DNA of 64,000 bases from contig CBDCSU010000006.1 in NCBI GenBank assembly GCA_965221775.1, positions 32,001 through 96,000 on the forward strand, in the 5' to 3' direction. Source of the DNA: Candidatus Latescibacterota bacterium (GTDB taxonomy: Bacteria; Latescibacterota; UBA2968; UBA8231). The notes under the pieces were generated by a model. It saw only the letters and a program-made list of their open reading frames with translations. It was not told the DNA's origin and made no database searches. Numbering within the stretch: position 1 is the stretch's first letter; each line of letters starts with the position of its first letter. Of the stretch, positions 1-8,211 are shown one piece after another. The translations under genes and the position numbers were made by a program.

Positions 1-2326
1 GTCCCCCTGGAGGGCGGTCCTGGCCCTGTGGCTGGCCGCGGCGGCGGGCTGCTCGACCCCCGAGCCACCCCCCGGCCCCGCGGGCGACCCCCGGCTGCGC
101 CACGCCCTGCAGCTGACCCGCCAAGGTCGGTTTGCGGCCGCGGCGGACTGTCTGCAGGCCGCCGCGCGGGAGGGTGCCGATCCGGCCGAGGTGAGCCTCA
201 GGCTCGCCGAGGCGCATCTCGGAAGCGGCCGGCGGCAGGCGGCCCTCGAGCAACTGGAGAGCCTGCCGGCAGAAACGCGGCAGAGACCCCTCTACGGCGT
301 GCTGCGGGCGTGGGTGCGGGCCTTCGACGGAGAGGCGCTGCAGGCCCGGAGCGAGACCGAGGGGATCCTCGCCCGCTCGCCGGATTCCGTCGAGGGCCGG
401 GTGCTGCTGGCCAGCCTCTCCCTGCAGGCGGCGGCCACGATGGACCTGGAAGCGGCGGCTCGATGGAGCGCCGAGGTCCTCGAAGAGGTGCCCGGGCATC
501 GCGTCGCCGAAGGCATGCTGCTGCAGGCCGAGTTGCGGCTCGGCCGGTTCGAGGCGGCCGCCGAGCGGGGGCGCGAGCTGGCCCAGCGGCACTCCGACGG
601 GCAGTTGTGGATGCTGGCGGGCACCGCCGCCCTGTGGGCGGACGATCCCCAGGGGGCCATCGGCGCCCTTCGCCGGGCCGTCGATCTCTCCGGCGAAGCC
701 GCCCTCCAGCGGCGGCGGGCCCTGTGGCTGCTGAGCCTGGCGTGGGAGGCGGCGGGATCGCCGGGTTTGCCGGAACCGCGCTACCAGTTCACGCCCTATG
801 CTCCTGCCCCTCCTCCCCCTTCGGTGCCCCGCTTCGTCGACGTCGCCGTGGCTGCCGGCGTTGCCAAGGTCGACCGCGGCCGGGGCAGCAGCTGGCTCGA
901 CTTCGACGGCGATGGCGACTGGGACCTGTTCAGCGTCGGCATCCACGTCCCGCATTCCCTCTACGAGAACGTGGGTGGGCGGTTCGACGACGTCACCGGA
1001 ACCCGGGGCCTCGACGATCCCCGCGGCGGCTGGGGGGCCTCCACCGCCGACGTGGACGACGATGGCGACCCGGACCTCTTCGTCACGCGCGACGCCTGGG
1101 AGGGGGCGGCGCCGAACTCCCTCTACCGCAACGACCGCGCCTCGGGGTTCGTCGATGTCGCGCCGGAGGCGGGGCTGGCGGGGGCGGAGGCCAGCTTCAC
1201 CGCCGCCTGGGGCGACTTCGACATCGACGGCCGGCTCGACCTCTACGTCGCCAACGGCGTCATCGCCGACGGAGGCGCCAACGGCCTGCACCACAACCGC
1301 ACGGCGCCCGGGGGGGCGATCCTGTTTTCCGACGTCGCCCCGGAGGCGGGGGCCGACGACTCCCTCAAGAGCATCGGCACCGCCAGCGGCGACTACGACG
1401 GCGACGGTCTCCCCGACATCTACTGCGCCAACATCGGCGGGCCCAATCGCCTCTATCGGAACCAGGGAGGAATGCTCTTCGAGGAGACCGCCGCCGCAGC
1501 CGGGGTGGTCTTTCCGGTCGAGGGCGGCTACATCTGTTTCTTCCTGGACTTCGACAACGACGGCCTCCTCGACCTCTTCGTCTCGACCATGAGCGCCTTC
1601 GACGATGTCCTCCACAGCGCCGTGAACGGGCGGGCGGTGGAGCCCAACCGGCCCTTCCTCTATCGCAACGAGGGAGACGGCACCTTCACGGACGTGGCCC
1701 GGCCCGCCGGCCTCGGACGTTCCTTCGGCTCCATGGGGGCCGGCGTGGGCGACGTCGACAACGACGGGTTTCCCGACCTCTATCTGGCCAACGGGGGGCC
1801 GGAGATGTTCCGGCTGGAGCCCAACGTGATGTTCCTGAACCGGGGAGACGGGACCTTCGCCGACATCTCCCGGGCCGCCGGGGTGGCCAACCTCGGCAAG
1901 GGCCACGGCGCCACCTTCGCCGACTACGACGAGGATGGGGACCAGGACCTCTATGCCGGCCTCGGCGGGCACTACGACGCCGATCTCTGGGCCAACGCCC
2001 TGTACCGCAACGACGGCCCCGCGGGGCGCTCGATTTCCGTACGCGCCCTGTCGGGGCCGCGTGACGCCCCGGGGGCCCGGATCCTGGTCGAAGCCGGCGG
2101 CTCCCGGGTCCACGCGCAGGTGGCCAGCGGCTTCGGCTTCGGCTCCTCCAACGCCGCTGCCGTCACCGTCGGCCTGGGCACGGCGGAAGAGGTGGACCGC
2201 CTGGAGGTCGTATGGCCCGGCGGCCAGCGCCAGAGCTGGGGGACCCTGCCGGCCGGGGCGCAGGTGCTGGTTCGCCAGGGGCGGGCCGAGGCGGAGATCG
2301 GCCAAGCCGGCTCCGGACCGCCTTGA
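1..2326 (+). CDS. TPR + FG-GAP repeat + ASPIC/UnbV (CRTAC1-family) lipoprotein, 5'-truncated by window edge
   Basis: Frame 2 is open from base 2 (SPWRAVLALWLAAAAGCSTP; lipobox AAGC), so the true start lies before the window, not at 191. TPR-like helical N-half, many D-[FVY]-D-x-D-G-x-x-D-L FG-GAP motifs with LYRN, and a C-terminal ASPIC/UnbV-like segment (VTVGLG...LEVVWPGG). Confidence 0.85.
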   Translation, partial: SPWRAVLALWLAAAAGCSTPEPPPGPAGDPRLRHALQLTRQGRFAAAADCLQAAAREGADPAEVSLRLAEAHLGSGRRQAALEQLESLPAETRQRPLYGVLRAWVRAFDGEALQARSETEGILARSPDSVEGRVLLASLSLQAAATMDLEAAARWSAEVLEEVPGHRVAEGMLLQAELRLGRFEAAAERGRELAQRHSDGQLWMLAGTAALWADDPQGAIGALRRAVDLSGEAALQRRRALWLLSLAWEAAGSPGLPEPRYQFTPYAPAPPPPSVPRFVDVAVAAGVAKVDRGRGSSWLDFDGDGDWDLFSVGIHVPHSLYENVGGRFDDVTGTRGLDDPRGGWGASTADVDDDGDPDLFVTRDAWEGAAPNSLYRNDRASGFVDVAPEAGLAGAEASFTAAWGDFDIDGRLDLYVANGVIADGGANGLHHNRTAPGGAILFSDVAPEAGADDSLKSIGTASGDYDGDGLPDIYCANIGGPNRLYRNQGGMLFEETAAAAGVVFPVEGGYICFFLDFDNDGLLDLFVSTMSAFDDVLHSAVNGRAVEPNRPFLYRNEGDGTFTDVARPAGLGRSFGSMGAGVGDVDNDGFPDLYLANGGPEMFRLEPNVMFLNRGDGTFADISRAAGVANLGKGHGATFADYDEDGDQDLYAGLGGHYDADLWANALYRNDGPAGRSISVRALSGPRDAPGARILVEAGGSRVHAQVASGFGFGSSNAAAVTVGLGTAEEVDRLEVVWPGGQRQSWGTLPAGAQVLVRQGRAEAEIGQAGSGPP

Positions 2327-2352
2327 CAGACCGGAGGGCCCTTCACTAAATC
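2323..2352 (+). promoter_or_regulatory. putative sigma70 promoter (TTGACA, weak -10 TAAATC)
   Basis: Perfect TTGACA at 2323-2328 overlapping the upstream stop codon; AT-rich CTAAATCT 17-18 nt downstream. The -10 match is poor. Confidence 0.3.
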
Positions 2353-2414
2353 TCGCCCTGACCCGCCCTCGCAGCGGTAGACCCGCGGCCCCGAGACGGC
2401 CGCAGAGACGACCG

Positions 2415-5400
2415 ATGCCAGCGCCTGATTCCCGCCCCCACTCCCTCGCCCCCTGGCTGCTCATCGCGGCCATCGCCTGGGCCCTGATCCCACCCGATCC
2501 CGCCCAGGCCCAGCGTCGTACGGGCTACCGGCTCACCCAGGACGCCATCGTCGTCGACAGCCACCGGCACTGGCAGCGGTGGAGCGTGCCCGTTCACGCC
2601 GTCGACCTGGACCGCGATGGCACCGCGAGGCCCCACCGGTTCCGCGATCGCTTCAACATCCTCGACGACCGCGAGACCTTCACCCGCACCCTGCCCGGGC
2701 TGAAGAGGAAGAAGGGCGAGACGGCGATCCTGAACGTGGACAGCACCGAGACCCTCGACGTGCGCGGCGAGATCATCCTCGACCGCAAGGACAACCCGAT
2801 CTACACCTATTTCCTGCGTCCCGGGATCAGCCGCGTCGGCTCGAACCCGGAGGCCGCCGCCAATGTCCTCGACGGCGATCCGAGCACCTATTGGGAGCCC
2901 GACCCCCGCGACCCCGTCGACGACTGGTGGCTGGAGATCGACCTGGGGCGGGTCGTCCCGGTGGACACGCTGCGGCTCCACTTCGTCGAGGAGGACCTCG
3001 GCGATCCCTTCCGCCAGTTCCGCCTCCTCGCCGCCCCCGATCAGGAACCCGTCACCCAGGACGCCGACCGCATCGACTTCTTTCGCGTCGGGGGCACCGC
3101 GGCGCCGAACGAGAGCCGGCGCACCTTCTCCTTCGACTTCCCGCGGGACAGGTCCAGCGCCGAGTGGACGGGACGGATGGTGCAGACGATACGGGTCGTG
3201 GTCACCGATTCGCGTCAGGGGCGCGGCCAGCTCCTCGACGGCGAGGAGGCCTGGCTCGCCCTGGACCCGGGGGACCGCGGCGACATCCTCTACTACATCC
3301 GTGACCTGGCCGGCACGGAGGAGCCGGTGGAGCGGGAGGTCTACGAGTCCCTCGGCACCGACCGCCAGGGGCGCCGCGACTACTACCGGCGTGAACGCCC
3401 GCGCCTGGCCGACATCGAGATCTGGGGAGCGGGGGACAACATCAGCCCCGGCATCATCGAGGGCGGCGGCAGCATCTTCCTCACGGGCGGCACCTTCGCG
3501 CCCGGCCCGGGCTTCGACGGCGATTACTCCACCAATTTCCTGCACCTCGTCTGGTCGCCCACGATCGACCGCGGGGTCCTGACCGTCGACCTGGCCGCCA
3601 CCTTCTGGCTCGACGCCATGCGCATATCCACCTCCCGCCCGCGGCCCTACATCGACGGCTACATCGTGCGCGCGTCGGACGGCTCTCTCGACGCCAACGG
3701 CCGGATCAAGTGGACGCGGATCAGCCCGCGCAGCCGGGAGGACAACAGCGTCTCCGGCTTCCGGAATCTCCTCGACCCGTACGACCTGCCGCCGCTGCGC
3801 TTCCTGGAGGTGAGCATCGTCTCCGTCGACCCGAGGCGGCGCGGAGGCTACAACACCGGCCCCACCATCGCCGAGTATCAGCTCTACTCGAAGGGACATC
3901 CCGCGGAGGTCCTGTTGACCTCCGACCTCATCGAGCTGCCCGGGCCGCGCCACTTCGGCGCCATCACCTGGGATGGCGACGTGCCCCCCGGCACCGGCAT
4001 GGAGATCCGCACCCGATCCGGCGACCTGCTGGGCCGGATCGTGCGCTACTTCGACAAACAGGGACAGGAGATCGCCTTCACCGCCTGGAAGAACCTCATC
4101 GGCAGCTTCAAGGGCCCGGTGGACACAACCCTCGTGCCCACCGCCGGGTGGTCCTCCTGGAGCCGGGCCTATGAGCGCCAGGGAGACCGCGTGACCTCGC
4201 CGGGGCTGCGCCGCTTCGCCCAGATCCAGGTGCGCCTGACCACGACCGACCGGGACCTCGCCTCCGCCATCCGCTCGATCCGCATCGAGCTCCTCGACCC
4301 GGTGGCCGAGCGCATCCTGGCGGAAATCACGCCGACGGAGGTCCCCGCCGTGGGTGTCCTCGACACCTTCGACGTCTTCATGCAACCGACCTTCATCTCG
4401 AGGCCGGAGGCCAGCCTGGGCTTTGACGAGGTCCTGCTGGCCATGCCCGCCTCCGGCCGCATGGAGCTGATCGAGGTCGAGGTCGACGGCGGCCAGGAGG
4501 GAGGTCGGCGCCACTTCCGCCGCGGGGGCGACGGCGGCTACGCCGACGGCGGCGGGAGTCGCCTGACCGTCTTCCGGCAGCAGGCCGACTCGATCTGGGT
4601 GCGCCTGCCCGAGGCGGTGACGCTGCTGCCCGACACCAGCCGGGCCTACTACCGGATTACCGCCGACAGCACCCAGGTCCCGGTGACCCAGGACGGCATC
4701 CCCCTGTCGGCCGCCTCGTGGGGACTGCTCGACGACGACGAGCAGGGGAGAGTCCTCTACTTCAGGAGGCTCGAGTCCGGGGAGCTGGAGGAGACCGACC
4801 AGCGATCATGGGAGGAACTGGACGAGAGCGAGCGGCTGGCGCGCTACTTCCGCGTGCTGGAGGGAGACGGCGCCCAGTACCCCTTCGACGAACGCGGCGA
4901 CTCCCTGGACGCCAGCGACTACTCCCGTCTCTCCAGCCAGGAGCGCGGCCGCGTCGTCGGCCCGGGCCCCCGGGTGCGCGTCCGCTTCCAGGCCCCCGTG
5001 CTCCTCAACGGCACCACCCTCGGCCTGGCGGTGCGCAACGCGGGGGTGGACCCGGACGCGAGTTGGCAGAGCGTGGAGGCCGGCGATGCGGTTCCGGAGA
5101 TGGAGTCGAATACCCTGACCCTCTCCGTCCCCCTGGACGGCAAGGCGGTGGAAGACGTGAGGATCTCACCGAATCCCTTCTCGCCGAATGGGGATCTGAT
5201 CAACGACCGCACCGAGATCGGCCTGTCCGTCTTCCGCATCACCGATGAGCGCAGCCTGCGGGTGAGCATCCACACCCTGGCCGGCCGCCGGGTCTGGCAG
5301 CAGGAGCAGACCGTCACCCCCGGATTGCGGTCCATCTCGTGGGATGGACGCGACGACAGGGGGAACCTCGTTCCCCCGGGGATCTACCTGGTCAAGCTGC

Positions 5401-5465
5401 ACCTCGACATCGACAGCAGAGACTCGGGCAGATCCGTGGTGCGCACCCTGGCCGTCGCCTATTGA
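2415..5465 (+). CDS. large secreted protein (~1016 aa): discoidin/F5-8-like domains + C-terminal FlgD Ig-like domain
   Basis: Start re-called at ATG 2415 (signal peptide ...LLIAAIAWALIPPDPAQA). DGDPSTYWEP...WWLEIDLG is discoidin-like. C-terminus ISPNPFSPNGDLIND...WDGRDDRGNLVPPGIYLVKL...LAVAY. Confidence 0.8.
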   Translation: MPAPDSRPHSLAPWLLIAAIAWALIPPDPAQAQRRTGYRLTQDAIVVDSHRHWQRWSVPVHAVDLDRDGTARPHRFRDRFNILDDRETFTRTLPGLKRKKGETAILNVDSTETLDVRGEIILDRKDNPIYTYFLRPGISRVGSNPEAAANVLDGDPSTYWEPDPRDPVDDWWLEIDLGRVVPVDTLRLHFVEEDLGDPFRQFRLLAAPDQEPVTQDADRIDFFRVGGTAAPNESRRTFSFDFPRDRSSAEWTGRMVQTIRVVVTDSRQGRGQLLDGEEAWLALDPGDRGDILYYIRDLAGTEEPVEREVYESLGTDRQGRRDYYRRERPRLADIEIWGAGDNISPGIIEGGGSIFLTGGTFAPGPGFDGDYSTNFLHLVWSPTIDRGVLTVDLAATFWLDAMRISTSRPRPYIDGYIVRASDGSLDANGRIKWTRISPRSREDNSVSGFRNLLDPYDLPPLRFLEVSIVSVDPRRRGGYNTGPTIAEYQLYSKGHPAEVLLTSDLIELPGPRHFGAITWDGDVPPGTGMEIRTRSGDLLGRIVRYFDKQGQEIAFTAWKNLIGSFKGPVDTTLVPTAGWSSWSRAYERQGDRVTSPGLRRFAQIQVRLTTTDRDLASAIRSIRIELLDPVAERILAEITPTEVPAVGVLDTFDVFMQPTFISRPEASLGFDEVLLAMPASGRMELIEVEVDGGQEGGRRHFRRGGDGGYADGGGSRLTVFRQQADSIWVRLPEAVTLLPDTSRAYYRITADSTQVPVTQDGIPLSAASWGLLDDDEQGRVLYFRRLESGELEETDQRSWEELDESERLARYFRVLEGDGAQYPFDERGDSLDASDYSRLSSQERGRVVGPGPRVRVRFQAPVLLNGTTLGLAVRNAGVDPDASWQSVEAGDAVPEMESNTLTLSVPLDGKAVEDVRISPNPFSPNGDLINDRTEIGLSVFRITDERSLRVSIHTLAGRRVWQQEQTVTPGLRSISWDGRDDRGNLVPPGIYLVKLHLDIDSRDSGRSVVRTLAVAY

Positions 5466-5502
5466 AGGCCCAGGCCTCTTGAAGCCAAATCAGGAGAGAC
5501 CC

Positions 5503-8178
5503 GTGTCCCCAAGGAAGACCCTGATCCACCTGGCCACCCTCGGCGCCCTCGGCCTCCTGGCGCCGGCAGCGCCCGCCGCCGCCCAGGACTACGGCGCACG
5601 CATGGGAGACATCCAGCGCGGCGGCGAGGTCTCCTTTCAGCCCCAGGGTCCGGGTGTGCTCCACGGCGCCCTCGACCCGGCCGTCCGCAGGTGGTACGTC
5701 CCCCAGGAGCTGTTCAACGAGTACCGCTGGCGGCAGTGGGATTACTCGAACTACGCCCGCGACCACTACCAGCGGTACGTCAGCGTCACCCGCGAGGGCG
5801 ACTTCTACTACGATCTCTACGGCAACTTCGTCACCAAGGGCTGGCTGATCTTCAACAACTCCCAGACCCAGCCCAAGCAGTTCGGCTCGTCGGTGCTCAA
5901 GAGCGCCAACTTCAGCCGCTGGTTCGACGGCGTCCTGATCTCGAGCGACTCCAAGGGGCAGCACCACTATGCCCTGACCATGGGCGCCAAGATCCGCACG
6001 ACCCTGACGCCCATGACCTTCTCCAAGCCCCAGTGGGACGGCGTGCAGTTCGACTATGCCTCCGACAAGTACCAGGGCACGGTCCTCTACTCCCGCCTCA
6101 GCCGCACCGGCGGCAGCAGCACGAACGACCAGGAGTCGCTGGTGACCAACCTCACCTCCCTCGTCGGCGGCCGCGGCACGGTGCAGGTGGGCGACTTCGC
6201 CACCCTGGGACTGACAGCCGTCAACTCGCACCAGTCCAACACCCTCATCGACGGCTTCACCGGCAACCCCATCAGCGGCGAGCTCACCGTCGACCAGAAC
6301 AAGACCCTGTCCCTCATCGAGGTGATCCTGCGCGACGACTCCCCCGAGGACGGCGGCGGCGCATCCTTCTTCCCCGCCGGTTCGGACATCATCATCACCT
6401 TCGACGACGGCAGCGTCGACCGGGGCAAGCAGATCGGCTTCGCGCCGGTCATCGAGGGCGGCTTCGAGCGCGACGGCTACCTGGCCGCCGACGGCCCCGA
6501 GGAGATCCGTCTGCGCTACAACTTCGACAGCCCCGGTTTCGTCAACCACGCCAGCGGCTCGAAGGAGGAGATCGTCGGTATCGAGTTCCGCTATGTCCTG
6601 GGCAACGACTACCAGGTGTGGATGACCTCCGACAACCAGCTCAACCAGTCGGAGGGCAACGTGGCGCTCCTGGTGACCCAGGCGGAGGGCAACGTCCAGG
6701 ACAACACCAACCTGCGGATCGTCTCCTTCGAGTACGGGCTGCCCACGGCCACCCAGATCTGGGGCGCCACCCTGGAGTTGAAGAAAGTCGCCGGTTTCGA
6801 CGTCTACGGCGAGTACGACCTCAGCTACAACTACCGCAAGTACCCGAGCGTGGTGAGGAAGGGCCACCGCACCGCCTCCGGAATCCGCGGCGACCGCGCT
6901 GCCGAGGCCTGGATGGTCAACATCTCCCGCAACCGCTATCCGTGGTTCGCCTGGGGAGAGCTCTACAGCATGCACCCGCGCTACTCGACCAGCACCTACG
7001 TCGCCCAGGGCGACGGCTTCATCGATTACGAGGACAAGCGCATCCACGTAGTCGAGCTGGTGGAGGACAACGACGACCAGGACCAGTTCCCGGACACGGT
7101 GCGCAAGGACTGGCAGGCCGGAGATCCCACGGTCTTTCCCGGCTGGGACGAAAACAACGACTTCATCTCGGACTTCAACCAGAACGACAACCGCTTCATC
7201 AGCAACTCGATCCCCGACTACGACGAGCCCTTCCTGCGCCACAACGTGGACCGCCCCGAGTTCCTGTACGGGGTAGACCTGAACAACAACTTCTGGATCG
7301 ACCGCTTCGAGAACGACGAGGAGCCCGACTATCCGTACCGGCGAGACCATCGGGGCTTCAACCTCTACGGGGGCGTGAACGTCACTCCCGACGTCCGAGT
7401 CAGCGTCGGCATCCTGCGCGAAGGGCTGATCTCCTCGAACCAGCGGAACAACGCCGACTACGCCCTCCTCAGCATCGACCGGGACGTGGCCGGCTGGGGC
7501 CGGTTTCGCCTCTTCGACATGATCAAGTCGGTGAAGGACGACATCCCCAACGAGCTGGTGCAGTGGCTGCCGAACGCCAACATCCGCACCGGCGAGGCGA
7601 CCAAGATCGAGGACCTCCTGCTGGCGCGCGACGCCATCGTCAACTCCCTGTGGGCGGGCCACGCGTACGACTACCGGGGACTGAAGACGGACAACTTCCT
7701 GAAGTGGGATCTCTTCCAGTCCCGCCTCGACGCCGAGGAACGCTCGCGGCTGAGCCAGCGGAAGACGAACTACTTCTTCGGGGTCATCAACCGCGTCAGC
7801 TACCGCTTCGACGTCGGCCGGCTCCGCTTCGAGCCGCGGTGGAAGAGCATCTTCCGACACCAGACGATCGATGTCGTCTCCAACGAGCGGAAGCGCTCCC
7901 TCACCGAGCTCGGCGGCCTGCTGGTGGGCTTTCCCCTGCTGCGCTCCACCGACCTGCAGGCCGGCCTGGAGCTGACCCTCCACAACGACATGCTGCGCGA
8001 CTCGCGGGACTTCCGCGGCGTCGTCGGCGCCGTGCAGTTCACCAACCTGTCCGCCTACCTGGGCTACGGGGTGACGACCCAACTGGGCATGCAGATCGAT
8101 CGGCAGGTTCCCAAGGTGGGCGAAACTCTCACCATCAACACGATCTTCCTCTCGGCGTACGCCGGCATCGACCTGTAG
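5503..8178 (+). CDS. hypothetical exported protein (~891 aa), probable outer-membrane beta-barrel with Asp/Asn-rich Ca-binding-like insert
   Basis: GTG 5503 follows an AGGAGAG RBS. Signal peptide (LGALGLLAPAAPAAA-Q), strong GC3 codon bias, many amphipathic aromatic beta-strand-like segments, ending INTIFLSAYAGIDL. The barrel call is inference. Confidence 0.7.
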   Translation: MSPRKTLIHLATLGALGLLAPAAPAAAQDYGARMGDIQRGGEVSFQPQGPGVLHGALDPAVRRWYVPQELFNEYRWRQWDYSNYARDHYQRYVSVTREGDFYYDLYGNFVTKGWLIFNNSQTQPKQFGSSVLKSANFSRWFDGVLISSDSKGQHHYALTMGAKIRTTLTPMTFSKPQWDGVQFDYASDKYQGTVLYSRLSRTGGSSTNDQESLVTNLTSLVGGRGTVQVGDFATLGLTAVNSHQSNTLIDGFTGNPISGELTVDQNKTLSLIEVILRDDSPEDGGGASFFPAGSDIIITFDDGSVDRGKQIGFAPVIEGGFERDGYLAADGPEEIRLRYNFDSPGFVNHASGSKEEIVGIEFRYVLGNDYQVWMTSDNQLNQSEGNVALLVTQAEGNVQDNTNLRIVSFEYGLPTATQIWGATLELKKVAGFDVYGEYDLSYNYRKYPSVVRKGHRTASGIRGDRAAEAWMVNISRNRYPWFAWGELYSMHPRYSTSTYVAQGDGFIDYEDKRIHVVELVEDNDDQDQFPDTVRKDWQAGDPTVFPGWDENNDFISDFNQNDNRFISNSIPDYDEPFLRHNVDRPEFLYGVDLNNNFWIDRFENDEEPDYPYRRDHRGFNLYGGVNVTPDVRVSVGILREGLISSNQRNNADYALLSIDRDVAGWGRFRLFDMIKSVKDDIPNELVQWLPNANIRTGEATKIEDLLLARDAIVNSLWAGHAYDYRGLKTDNFLKWDLFQSRLDAEERSRLSQRKTNYFFGVINRVSYRFDVGRLRFEPRWKSIFRHQTIDVVSNERKRSLTELGGLLVGFPLLRSTDLQAGLELTLHNDMLRDSRDFRGVVGAVQFTNLSAYLGYGVTTQLGMQIDRQVPKVGETLTINTIFLSAYAGIDL

Positions 8179-8211
8179 TCCCAAAGGCCGCCGGAGCCTC
8201 CCGACGCAGCG

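Noticed and set aside
830-2010. Recurrent GACTTCGAC.ACGACGGC-like nucleotide repeats (also 16.1-17.3 kb and 40.8-41.8 kb)
   Set aside because: Explained by protein-level FG-GAP and FDGR repeats, not DNA-level repeat elements.
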